Below are positions 36,603 through 47,492 of a stretch of 64,000 nucleotides of DNA, piece by piece. Position numbers and translations under genes: made by a program. The notes below the pieces were generated by a model. The model was not told where the DNA came from. It saw only the letters and a program-made list of their open reading frames with translations, and ran no database searches. Each line of letters begins with the position of its first letter. The first letter of the stretch is position 1. This DNA is from an uncultured Planctomycetaceae bacterium (GTDB taxonomy: Bacteria; Planctomycetota; Planctomycetia; Pirellulales; PALSA-1355), in NCBI GenBank assembly GCA_963785305.1, contig CAWAUV010000007.1, forward strand, positions 1,056,001-1,120,000, read 5' to 3'.

Positions 36603-37040
36603 TCACTGCCACGACAACATCGGATCGATCTTTCCGATAATCGCCTCGCGTGAACCGGCGGGCAACAAGCGGAACTCGATCTCCCCGGGGCTAATGACCT
36701 CGATCTCACGATACCCGCTAGCATTTTGCCATTCGAAATAAATCGTTCCGTTCACCCCGAGGTACACCCGCTGGGCGGGCGCGTTCCCCTTGTCCATCAG
36801 CAACTTCGCGAGCGAGATTGCGGTATCGACCGTGGGAATACTGGCGGCGATAGATCCTTCGCCGTCCCAGTCGTCTTCCATTCCCCGAATTGCAAGCAGA
36901 TCGTCTATGAGTTTTGCCCATTCATTTTGACAGCGAGGGTGGCTCATAACGAAATCGGCGCTCGACGAGGGCGGCTCATCGTATTCGGGGCGCGAATACG
37001 CCGAATCGCCCTGCGCCCGATTCAATTCCGCGGTGCTCAT
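36603..37040 (-). CDS. Hypothetical protein with WDGEGS motif
   Basis: ATG at 37040 overlaps the upstream stop (ATGA); LLAIRGMEDDWDGEGS...GTIYFEW. Confidence 0.7.
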   Translation of the reverse strand: MSTAELNRAQGDSAYSRPEYDEPPSSSADFVMSHPRCQNEWAKLIDDLLAIRGMEDDWDGEGSIAASIPTVDTAISLAKLLMDKGNAPAQRVYLGVNGTIYFEWQNASGYREIEVISPGEIEFRLLPAGSREAIIGKIDPMLSWQ

Positions 37041-37855
37041 GGCGCATTCTCCCATTGATTGCGGATATCGCTTGGAACGATTCGCTTGAAAGTACCGAGA
37101 GAAATTTCGTGCCCCAGACTCAGCCCGGCGGCAAGCGAGTTCTCGTCGCCGGCGCCTACAGGCCCTCGGGCAGTCATCTGAAGTAACACCGCTTGCCGGC
37201 CGCCTTCTCCCCAAGAACCCGGGCGGGCCGACACATGGAGTCTCCCGCGTCGCGGTTCAATTTCAAAACTCCACTCGGCGGCCCGATGTTCAAGCGCAAG
37301 GTCGAGATCATTCGCCCTAAAAAGGTCTCCGAAGAGTCCCGGAAGAAACTTCGGCCAATCCGCGGGACTATCCCAATACTCACCTTTTGGGAACGCATCC
37401 ACATACGTGAGCTCCCATTGATTGATATTTACTTCCTGTCCCAGCTCGCGGCTGGCGAAGTCGGTAAATTTCTCGAAGTACCCCTCGAATTCACTTAGAA
37501 GACGATGGTAGCTCGGATAGTCGTCGTTCGCCTTGTTCCAATTGAGGTGGAAACGGCTCGGCTGCAACTGAATAAGACGATCTCCGGCCTTATTCTTAAG
37601 CGTAAATCGCGGCTGCGAATAACCCGACGAAATTCTGAATGGCATCAAGCCATGTGTCCGAGAACCGCCGGGCGCGTCGAACGACTCGAACGAATCCGGG
37701 AGGAGGGGCGCATCGGCCGGATCGCTCCACGTGTCTCCCAAATCTTTCCAAAAAAGTCCGTAGTGTCCCGTCGTCAATTGAGTCAACGGCGAAAATTGAG
37801 CCCCGAGAACGAGCTCGACTATAGGGGGGGTCGGATGGGAATCGCTCACATTCAT
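37037..37855 (-). CDS. TIGR04255-like protein
   Basis: PPIVELVLGAQF, LIQLQ..RFHLNW...YPSY and ELTYVD pattern, recognised by eye. Confidence 0.75.
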   Translation of the reverse strand: MNVSDSHPTPPIVELVLGAQFSPLTQLTTGHYGLFWKDLGDTWSDPADAPLLPDSFESFDAPGGSRTHGLMPFRISSGYSQPRFTLKNKAGDRLIQLQPSRFHLNWNKANDDYPSYHRLLSEFEGYFEKFTDFASRELGQEVNINQWELTYVDAFPKGEYWDSPADWPKFLPGLFGDLFRANDLDLALEHRAAEWSFEIEPRRGRLHVSARPGSWGEGGRQAVLLQMTARGPVGAGDENSLAAGLSLGHEISLGTFKRIVPSDIRNQWENAP

Positions 37856-38334
37856 TGCTCCGATTCTATTGTACGCTACCTATCCAGAGCAACGGGGTCG
37901 CTGGGAGGCGAAATGATAGTGCCGAGTCAGCCGTTCGTGAAGGCCGAAGAGCGGCCAGCGTGGGGCCGGCATGGCCCGGTCCTAATCGATATTATGCGAT
38001 GCCGCCGCCGGCCGCTCGATTCCCTGTCGTCTGCTCCGACGAGTCGCTCATCGCCCCGCCGCAAGCAATTCGTTCGTCCGGGAAGATTGGGAATAGGACA
38101 ACCTGCATCGTCGGAGACCATATCAATTTCCTGAACTTCCGCCGAGCCATAGGGTTTGGCGCAATTTTCGCAGCATTCGATCAAAATCTTCCCGGCGGCG
38201 CCTTGCGGGTTGTCGGGCGCCTGGAACAATGAAGCCGGCGCCCTGGGGGCGGCGAGTTTTTTTGCTTCCGGACCATTCGCCGGGAATTTTTTCCCGCTTT
38301 CAAGGCTCTCATACTCATGGGCGGGTCGGGTTTT

Positions 38335-38943
38335 ATGTCAAACAACGATCGGAAACTCGATGCCCTGGGCGCTGCGGGTGGCGAAGCGGCGCCCGTGATG
38401 TCGGCCGATGATCTGATCTCGATGGTCACCGCCCACTACCAGGAGCTTTACCGCTTCGCCTATCGGCTCACGGGACAGTCGCACGACGCCGAGGACCTGG
38501 CTCAAGAGACCTTTTTGATCGCCCGCCAAAAAGTGGGCGCCTTGGAAGACCCGGCGGCGCTGCGAAGCTGGCTGTACACGGTGCTGCGAAACCGCTATTT
38601 GCACCATGCGCGGCGGCGACGGGCGTTTGGCCCCGAGAGCCTTTCGTTGGCCGACGATTACCCGGCCGAACTCGACGACGATGGCCCGGTCGATCGCGAG
38701 CAGCTTCAATGGGCGCTCGACCGCTTGCCGGAGGCATATCGTCTGCCGCTCTTGATGTTTTACTTCGAAGATTTGAGTTATCGCGAGATCGCCGCGGCGC
38801 TCGAAGCGCCGCTGGGCACGGTGATGAGCCGCATTTCGCGAGCAAAACAGCGACTGCGCCACGAATTGGAAGCCGCCGAAATGGTCGCGGCCGCTCGAAA
38901 CACCCCCGAGAGTCGTAACCAGCAGCAAGGGTGGAAGCCATGA
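38335..38943 (+). CDS. ECF RNA polymerase sigma factor
   Basis: DAEDLAQETF, RSWLY and LSYREIAAALEAPLGTVMSRISRA motifs. Confidence 0.93.
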   Translation: MSNNDRKLDALGAAGGEAAPVMSADDLISMVTAHYQELYRFAYRLTGQSHDAEDLAQETFLIARQKVGALEDPAALRSWLYTVLRNRYLHHARRRRAFGPESLSLADDYPAELDDDGPVDREQLQWALDRLPEAYRLPLLMFYFEDLSYREIAAALEAPLGTVMSRISRAKQRLRHELEAAEMVAAARNTPESRNQQQGWKP

Positions 38944-39701
38944 AACGCAACGGTGGCCCGTTCGATGAACGCGAGTTCGATGCGCGCCTCAAACGCGCGC
39001 TGCACGACGCGCCGATCCCCGCCGGGCTCCGCGACCGCTTGGTGGCGGCCGTGCTGGCAGCCCCGGCCGCTGAATGCGCCGCGATGTCGACTGAGCCAGC
39101 AGATAAGGCCGTTGCCTTGTCGGATGGCCCGTCGAATAAAATCGCGGGGCATGCCCGAGTTGAGCATGAGCCCGCGCCGGTCGCCCTTGCCGCCGCGTCG
39201 TCGCGAAATATCGCGAAATACCGGCCATCGCGGCGTTCGATTCTCGTGGCCGGAACGCTGGCGGCGAGTTTACTGCTGGGCGCTGGCAGTTGGTGGATGC
39301 TGCATGGCTCGGTCGATCCGCGGGCCGACCTCGCGACGCTCGCCGCGGCGTGGCCCGCGCAGCTGACCGACGCGTGGAAGCCGATGACCGGCGCCCCCAG
39401 CGGGTTTCCGGCCTCGAGCGCGGTGCGAGGCGAACCGCGCGGCTGGCAGTCGGCCTCGGCCATCGTGGGGCGGGCCGCGGTCGTGTACGACGTCTCTCGC
39501 CACGGGGTGCGGGCCGTGTTGTTCGCGGTGCGAATGGCCGCGCCCGATCTGCCCTTTGGCCCCTCGGGCCCGCCGCTCTTCACCGGCGGACAAACAATCG
39601 GCGCCTGGCGCAGCGGAACGCTGGTCTATGTGTTGGTCGTGCAAGGCGACGAGCAAAGTTACCGTGGCCTGATCCGCTCGGTAGCGCCGCCACTCGCCTA
39701 G
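38940..39701 (+). CDS. Putative anti-sigma factor (single TM)
   Basis: ATGA overlap with the ECF sigma gene; N-terminal P.GLRDRL helix and a TM segment containing AASLLL. Confidence 0.7.
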   Translation: MKRNGGPFDEREFDARLKRALHDAPIPAGLRDRLVAAVLAAPAAECAAMSTEPADKAVALSDGPSNKIAGHARVEHEPAPVALAAASSRNIAKYRPSRRSILVAGTLAASLLLGAGSWWMLHGSVDPRADLATLAAAWPAQLTDAWKPMTGAPSGFPASSAVRGEPRGWQSASAIVGRAAVVYDVSRHGVRAVLFAVRMAAPDLPFGPSGPPLFTGGQTIGAWRSGTLVYVLVVQGDEQSYRGLIRSVAPPLA

Positions 39702-40076
39702 CATTCGGCATAATCGGCGCCGCGAGCAAGGGCCGATCCGAGCGCCTTGGCCGCCTGGGGGAATATCTTGCCCCTTGCCCCGTGGGAAACGCCTTCGCTC
39801 GGCGCCATGCTCCCCCAGCCGTCGGACCAATGCCCAACGATCGGCAAAATTCCCATAGGTCCTATGCGTGGCGCTTGGCCCGAGGCATTCGGGCTCCGCG
39901 CTCGGCATTCGAGCCATTCGCCCTCATCTTGCCTGCCGCCAGGCGCCGAATCGGAGTTGGGGACGGCGCTTTGCTCGGCGCGCGGCGATGCCCGCGAGCT
40001 TTCCAAGGCGTGTCCCGCCCCCGACGCCCCGTGTTCACGAAGTTTCGAGAAGCAGGCTTTCGAGAAGTAGGCGCTT

Positions 40077-40517
40077 ATGAAAATCCAGCGAACCCATTCG
40101 GCCGCGATTACCTTCGTCGCGGTGCTCCTCTCGGGCGCGGCTAGTATTCGCGCCGAACAACCGGCGCGTGAGAGCGTCGACCTGCGCCGCGACAGCAGCC
40201 ATACCGTGACCGGCCACTCGATCAGCGGCCCCGGCGCCCTGCAGCCCACGGCCGAGATGTGGTTCTATGAACAGGAGCGCACCCGCCACGAAGACCCGAA
40301 GGCCGCCGTGCGACGCCGCGCGGAATATCGGGCAGCGCAGCGCGAGAATCGCATCGAGTCGCTCCGCTGGTTCGGCATGAGCAACTCGCGACCCTCGGCC
40401 TCGGTCACGCCATTTACCGGCACCTACGCTCCCACCTGGGCGGGCAATTCCCAAGACTGGAACATCTGGCGCCCGGTCGGACCCACGGTGGTCGTGTCGC
40501 CGAAAAGCGGCTATTGA
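40077..40517 (+). CDS. Hypothetical secreted planctomycete protein
   Basis: Signal peptide; PTAEMWFYEQE...RWFGMSNSRP. Confidence 0.7.
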   Translation: MKIQRTHSAAITFVAVLLSGAASIRAEQPARESVDLRRDSSHTVTGHSISGPGALQPTAEMWFYEQERTRHEDPKAAVRRRAEYRAAQRENRIESLRWFGMSNSRPSASVTPFTGTYAPTWAGNSQDWNIWRPVGPTVVVSPKSGY

Positions 40518-40583
40518 ATCGCCGTGGCGTGCCGCTTGCGGCCGGCGCGGGCAAGAACCGTGGCGTGAATGCCTCGGGGCGCG

Positions 40584-42565
40584 TCAGGGAGTCATTCCGG
40601 GCAGTTTGCCGTCGCCCGCTTTGCGGCCGGTGTTGTCATGGACCAAGATGCGATGCTCGCCCACGAAGTAGGTGCTCGAATCGGCCACGATCAGGTTGTA
40701 TACATCGGCCGGCTCGCTTTCTTCGCTACGTGTGAGCCGCACATCGCTCGGCTCGCCATGGAGCCGATCATGCGGGCTCAGCTCGCGGGCCATCTTCCAG
40801 CCCTGACCCACGACCCAAAACAGGTGGCCACGAGTGGCGGAGATGGTTTCGCCATCGACGACCAGATGGATCATCGGCCGCTCGGGTCGCTCGGTGCGCT
40901 CGAGCACCGGCTTGTAAGCCAGCTCGCCGGTCTCGATGTCTTGTGAAAGCACGAGGTCGCCGGTTTCGATCGTGTCGATCGCTTGGAGTCCGGTGCTGGT
41001 GCTCACGAGCGTTCCCTTGGCGAAGCATGAGTATTGCGGCGTCAGGTCCCAGTGCATGCCCGGCGGCGGCGCCAGCGGCTTGCCTTTGACCATGGGCGGT
41101 TGGAAGTGGTAACTCGGACCCTTCGGCGATGGGGTGTATGCGGCGGGAACTGGTTGATAGGACACGCCCGATTCGCCCTGATACTGCACGGCCGGCACAT
41201 AGTATGGAACGCCGTAGTCGTAGTAGGAAACGAGCATTTCGGTCGTCTTACGCTCTTGGCCCTGGAAGGTGTCGGTCTGGTCGTGCCACCAGTTCCACCA
41301 GTCGCGCGGATCGGAGCCGAAATCCTCGCCGGTGGCGGCCTTCAGCACACCGATCACGCGCTCATTGCGCTGGGCCGCGGCCCAATTGCGCGCTCGGCGT
41401 CGTTCCTGGCTTTGGATGCGCCAGAGCGGCCTGCTGGAATGTGTCGACGATGAACATGTCGTAGTTCGGATTCGGAATCTCAAAGGCGATCCGAAAATCG
41501 GTGTTCTCGCGATGATCTTCCGCTTCGCCCGCCTGGGTGTTCGATTGGCGGATCATCAAGCCGCCGCCGGCGGTCTGAATTTCGACGCTCGTTTCGATCG
41601 GTTCGGCCAAGCCCGCGAGAAGCGACGGCACATAGGTCACTTTAGCCCGCGAGCGCAGGCGCCGCCGCGGCAGCTTCGCGCAGATGCGGGGCGCCTGCGA
41701 TCACCGCTTCCCGCGCCAACGACTGGGCCGGAGTCGAGCCGGGCAGCCGTGCGATGGCGGCGAGGAAGGTCGGCCCGGCGATGCCCTTGGCTTTCGCGAG
41801 CTGTTCCTCCATCGCCGGCGCCGCGGCCGGATCGTCGACCGCTTCGAGTTCCGCCTTCGCCGCGTCACGCTCGGCGGGCGATCCATGCTCGAGCTTCTGG
41901 CGAATGCGCGTGAGCATCGGCTTCCAGCGCTCGAGGTTTTGGGCGAACTCATCGGCATGTTGCTTCCAATATTCCCACTGGGCTTTCGTCATCAGCCGTC
42001 CGTCATGCGGCTCGAGGCCCAGACCCGCCATCGCCTCGGCATTACCCGGTGAAAGCACGAGCACTCGCGTAAAATGGCTTCGGGCCTGTAGCGGATAGCC
42101 ATTTTCTTGGCACCACTTGGCCAGCGCGAGTTGGCCCTCGGTGGTGTTGATCGCCGCGGCGCGTCGCTTGCGATACACGGCGAGCCGCTCGGCTTCGCTC
42201 ACCTGGGGCAGGGCATCGCCAACCTTCACCCATTGACCGTCTTGGTTTGCCTCGCCGGCAAGCCAATGCGCCGGAGCATAGTTCGGATCGAGCGCGAGCA
42301 CTTCGTGTAGCAATTGCTCGCGCTTCACCAAGTCGCCGGCCACGGTGGCCCGCTGGGCCGCTTTGACAAGCGCCGCGACTTTAGAAACTCCGGGCGATTT
42401 CGCGGCGCCGGACGCGGGCGCGTTCACCGTGGCGTCGGCGCCGGCCTTTTTCGCTGTGCCCGGCGCTTTCGAGGTCGTGGCGGCACTCGCACGCTCGCCC
42501 GCCATGAGCCCCAGCGCGAGCGCAGCGGCGAGTATGCAGGTCGATCGAAATGTTTGGCGAATCAT
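40584..42565 (-). CDS. Secreted helical-repeat (TPR/HEAT-like) protein with C-terminal Hint (PT-HINT/BIL) domain (frameshifted)
   Basis: Signal peptide and QLALAKWC helical region; Hint domain CFAKGTLV...GDLVLS...T.GHLFW...VYNL.V....YFVG...LVHDNT. Confidence 0.85.
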
Positions 42566-42646
42566 GATGCCCCACTTTCCTAGTAGATGTGGCTGGAAAC
42601 CTCGGGCTTGGCTGGTTTCTTGCCAAGTATCCGCTAACGATTGCTA

Positions 42647-44235
42647 TCACTGTCGAACCAGAGCCAACACGCGCTGCTGCTCCGCTGCGAGCGGAAAATT
42701 GTCGTAGGTATCGAATCGCTTGGCTTCTTCCACCAGCCGCTTGCCTTCGTCGACCAGCCGCTTCGCCGCCGCCACGGTTTTCGTCGACTGCCGCGTGAGC
42801 TTCCGTTCTTGCTTTTGCACGTTCCCGCGGGCCTCGGCGTCGGCCGCAAGTTCATTCGAGGCATTTTGCGTGATAACCGTGCCGGCCGCGATCAGCGCCT
42901 GACGCCGGCCCTCGAGCGGTAGCATCTGCGCGAGTAGCAAGGTCTGCTGCCGGCCGATGGTCTGCAGGTCGACATTGCCCAATTGAATCGATGTATTAAC
43001 GCTCGCCGCTTGGGCGTTGTAGTCCTGGGGGCTAACGCGCCCAAGTATCGAGTTCAACGACGCCTTGCCGCATTCGGCCGAAAGCTGCAAGATCGCCGCC
43101 TGGGCCGTCAGGATCGCCTGTTGCTCCGTCAATTGGGCAAGCCTCACTTCGATCGCCGCCAACTCCGCCGCGGCGCCTTGGACCGTCTCGGCCTCTTTTT
43201 TCACATGCGTCTCGACTTTTTCGATCTTTTCTTTCTCGCGATCGATCTCCCGTTTGTCGTTTTGCGTCTTTCGGAGCGTGAGTGCTTGGGCCTCGACAGC
43301 AAGCGATTGGGCGTCGCGCACCGCGTCGCCATAGAGCAAGGCGACTTCGTCTTCGGCCTGCAAAAACGCCGCTTCACATGCCTCGCCCACGCTTGCCAGC
43401 GCCGCCGCGCGGGCCTTGGCCAGCCGCTCGGCGCGCTCGCCCTCGAGCTGCTCGATTTTCAAATATGCGGCGGCGCGGCCCATGAGCTCCGCCAACTCGA
43501 GTCGGTCCCGGGCGTCGACCGCGACAGGGTCTTTCGCGACAGGGTCTTTCGCGATAGGGGCCTTCGCGCTTGGGGCTTTCTTATCAGACGATTCCTTCAC
43601 GGTCGCCTCGTTTGCCGGCACTTTCTTATCCGCCTGATTCGCTTCGGCGTCGGCCGAGCGGGCGAGCGTGTCGGCCAACAGCTTGAGATCGTCCAGCGCG
43701 GGGTCGAATGCCCGCCGCTTGAGGTCGACATGGAGCTTGGCCCGCCGAGCACGGTAATCGTCGGGCCGAGCCGCCAAGATCGTTTCGAGCGTCCGCGACG
43801 CTTCGACCGGCCGATGTTGGGCGAGAAGCGCGAGGGCATGGGCATAGGCCAGATCGGCATTGGCCGGGCCGAGCCTTTCCGCGCACGGAGCGAGCCTTTC
43901 CGCGCGTTTGAATTCGGCGTCGAGCCGCTCGCGGGCCGGTCCGGTGGCTTCGGCCGCGGCGGCGAACATGGCCACTACCGCGATCGCCACGGAAGTCGGA
44001 GCGGCGGGAGTCGGAGCGGCGGGAGTTCGCGCGGGCGATGCCTTCGAGTTGGCCGCCTGCTTCGCGCCGCGCCCTCCGGGGCGGTTTTGCGATCCGTGTT
44101 GGCGGCTTTCGCTTTCGGCCGGTTCTCGGCGGCGCTCGCGCTGCCCCGCTCGCCGGAAGCGCTCCCGAGAAGCAAGCCCGCGCGAAGCAGCGCCGCCGCA
44201 AGCCGCATCGTAAATGACGCTCTCGCGAGGGTCAT
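42647..44235 (-). CDS. Hypothetical secreted TPR/coiled-coil protein (N-terminus frameshifted)
   Basis: TPR-like helices and a long coiled coil; a signal-peptide-like start at 44235 lies in another frame. Confidence 0.55.
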
Positions 44236-44690
44236 GGGTGGCGCCTCAAGGCATCGCGATCCGGGGAGAAGGTGCGCGGGGACAGGCTGGGCAGGCCCGT
44301 CAACCATAATCGACCATCATTCTAGGGATTCTTCCACGCCCCGGTCAACGGCGCCACGACGCCTTGCGAAGACGTAATGCGCAAGGCCAACCTGCGGTTC
44401 ACGATACAACGCCCTTGTCCGGTGCTCATTCCACTCTTCCTCCGTCGTATCCTCGAAGCCCCCGCTCTCGGCGTCTGTAACCGGCTGCAAATTGCATGTT
44501 TTTTTGGCCAAATGACTTACAACTGGACCGCACAATGCGCGATTTCGGCTTCATAAAGATCACGAACATTGCCGAACATCATCAACATGCTCAACATACT
44601 GATTTATCCGAAGACGAGGACAGCGACGTTGGGCAACTGATGTTCCGGTATTGCCCAGGGAAGGGCGCCGAAGCGACATAGGGAGGTGTC

Positions 44691-46593
44691 ATGATGTTCT
44701 TAACACGATCTCCGCGCCGCCAGACGAGCACTCGTGGTCTTGGTCTTGGCGTGGGTAATGGCCAAAGCGTCGCATGCACAGCAGGCGATCGTGCCCGTCG
44801 CGGGCAATTCGTCCAACGCGCCCGCGGCGGCGCCCACGACCGGTGGAACATCGGCGCCCGCCGATTCCGCGATGGCGCTGCCCAGCGAACTGCTCCGGCC
44901 CCTACCGCCCGTGCGGTTGGCGTCGGCAACATCGGCGTCGGTCGATCTCGATCCTTTGCCGGATACCACCGACCAGATTTCCAAAAAAGAAATCATGCGG
45001 CGTTTGGAGCAGACGGAAGCTCAACTGGTCTCACTCCGAGCCCAGCTCGCCACGGCCGCCAATGGCAACGTGAATATCCAACAGCAAGGCGGCAACTCGA
45101 GCGGGGGGCCGCCGATGGGTGTCGAAGACCGCATTAACGCGCTCGAGGGGGCCACGCCCGAAAGGTTGCCCCGTGTTCAAACCCAGCTCCAGAGCCCGAG
45201 CGGCGACCCGCCGACGGGCGTCGAAGACCGGATCAGGGCGCTTGAGAAGGCCGCCAAGGCCGCGGGCGAAAATTACCCGCTGGTCCGCTTGAGCGGCTTC
45301 TCTCAGTTGGACAGCGCGACGTACTCGCAAGACCTCGCCAGTCGAAGGACCTACGGCGATATGCAAAATGGCACGGGCTTCCGCCGAGCGCGTTTGCAAG
45401 CGTTGGGCAGCCTGACCGAGTTTACCAAGTTCAGCATCGAAATGGACTTCGCGGCGGCGGGGCGTCCCAGCTTCCTCGATGTGTGGGCGGAACAGACCCA
45501 TCTCGGCTGGCTCGGCACGATCCGCGTCGGTCAATTCCGCCAACCCACGACGATGGACGCATGGACGAGCGTGCGCCACTTGGAATTCATGGAACGCAGC
45601 AATGCCTTCCAAGCGATGGACCCTTTCCGCCGCGTGGGCATTATGTCCTACAATCTCTCGGAAAATAGTCGCACCCTCTGGGCCGGCAGCGTGTATTTGA
45701 CCGGATACACCTTTCTAAACCCGACCACCGCCGTCGAAAACTACGGCACGTTGGGAGATTCCCGGTTCGGGACCTATGTGGGCGACAATGGAGGCGTGTC
45801 GACCGCCTACCGCGTCACGCACCTGTTGTGGTTCGACGACCTCACCGATGGCCGATCCCTGTTTCATGTCGGCGCCGGTTACAACTACAGCAATATCGGC
45901 GGCAATGGCGGCGCCCCGGGCTCCACCAACGGTCATACCTACGATGCCCGCTCCATTCCCGGCGTTTTCGTCGGAGATCCGGAAACCGCGGGAGTCACGG
46001 CCAACAGCACGCCCTATGTGACGAATACCGGCTTGCTCGCCGCGAAGAGCTTCGATTACTGGCACACGGAGCTCGCGGGCCAATATGGCGCCGCGCACTT
46101 CCAGTCGGAGTTCATGGCCACGCAACTCGAAACGATCGGCCATGGCCAAGCGCTGCTCACCGGCATGTATTTCCAAAGCGGCTATTTTCTCACCGGCGAA
46201 CAGTGCGGCTATAACAAATTGTCGGGCGTCATGGATTACAACGTCAAACCATATAGCCAATTTTTCGGTCTAGGAAACGGCCGCGGAATCGCGGGCTGGG
46301 GCGCCTGGGAAGCGGCCTACCGGTTCGACTATACCGACATGCCCTATGTGACCGGCGCCGTGGCCCCGCCGAGCGCGGCGGCGGTCGCCGCCGGCACGAC
46401 AAACGCCGGCACAAGCTCCACGAACCCCAATCCGGGCGAACTGTATATGAACACCCTCGCCCTCAATTGGTGGTGGAATCAGTACACTCGCGTACAATTC
46501 AACTATCACAACGTGTACAATCAAGGAACCTTCGCGGTGTATGGCAATAGCCACACGAACATTTACGCCGCGCGATTCCAGATCGAGTTTTAA
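44691..46593 (+). CDS. OprO/OprP-family (phosphate-selective-type) porin
   Basis: GGAGG RBS; FRRARL, GQFRQP, FMERS, G.YFQ.GYFLTGE, GAWE and terminal RFQIEF motifs; N-terminal frameshift. Confidence 0.85.
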
Positions 46594-46674
46594 GCGGCGA
46601 AGAAGCTTTGGCATATCCGCTGCCGCCCGCGCGCCATTTACGAGCGAGGCGCCACGAGCTTCTCGGATGCGCTC

Positions 46675-47439
46675 TTAACGCGCACAGCGCGCACGCTTCC
46701 GCGCTGTGAGAAGGGCCAGGGTCGCGCCGAGACCACCGAGCCCGAGCAGAGTGGCCGAAGCCGGCTCCGGAACGACCGACGTGATCGTCAGATCGCTGGC
46801 GTTGCCCGCGTAGAACGGCGTTGGATTGGCTCCGGGACTGACCGCGAGATGGATCGCTCCGAATCCCCCGAATGTTGTTGCGGCGAGCGAACCGACCGCG
46901 ATGCCATTCACCGCGAACGTCATCGTATTGTTGGAATCGGTGACCTGCAGCAGGTAGTCCGTCAATGCCGTGGCCGGCGCCGAACCAATGACAGTGCCCG
47001 ATCCGTTGGAGCCGCTGTTGGTGAAATAGGCGTTCCAAACGCCACTGGATAAGCCAATTTGAATCTGATCGGCATTTCCGCCATTGGTCGAGAGTAGATA
47101 TCCTGCGGTCGTCGACGAAGGTTGGGCGTAGATGCTGACTGTGAAGTTGTCGGTCGGCAACGTATTTGAGCCGGCGGCAATGCCGTAGAAGCCGCCGGTG
47201 CCGGTAAAGGCGCTCGAACTCGAACTCGGGCCGCCGATCGCCGGGCCGGTCGGGCCGCCGCCGGAGCCATAGGGATTATTAAAGTTATGACCGCCCACGG
47301 AATCGGCGGGCATGCCCGTATTGCCGCCGGTATAACTTCCCGCGCCCAGCGACCAATCGGCGTAAACGATCGGATTGGCCGAAGCCACGCCCGCCGACGC
47401 GATAACCGCAAGAACGATCGCGAACTCAAATGATCGCAT
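46675..47439 (-). CDS. PEP-CTERM protein with LamG-like beta domain
   Basis: Signal peptide; VPEPASATLLGLGGLG followed by a basic tail. Confidence 0.85.
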   Translation of the reverse strand: MRSFEFAIVLAVIASAGVASANPIVYADWSLGAGSYTGGNTGMPADSVGGHNFNNPYGSGGGPTGPAIGGPSSSSSAFTGTGGFYGIAAGSNTLPTDNFTVSIYAQPSSTTAGYLLSTNGGNADQIQIGLSSGVWNAYFTNSGSNGSGTVIGSAPATALTDYLLQVTDSNNTMTFAVNGIAVGSLAATTFGGFGAIHLAVSPGANPTPFYAGNASDLTITSVVPEPASATLLGLGGLGATLALLTARKRARCAR

Positions 47440-47492
47440 GGCGATTCATCCTGGGGAGCAACACATTTCGGGAGATTCGGCGCTAAGCCCTA

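Noticed and set aside
44317..44535. 72-aa minus-strand ORF between the TPR gene and the porin
   Set aside because: No recognisable motif or RBS; it lies in a probable divergent promoter region.
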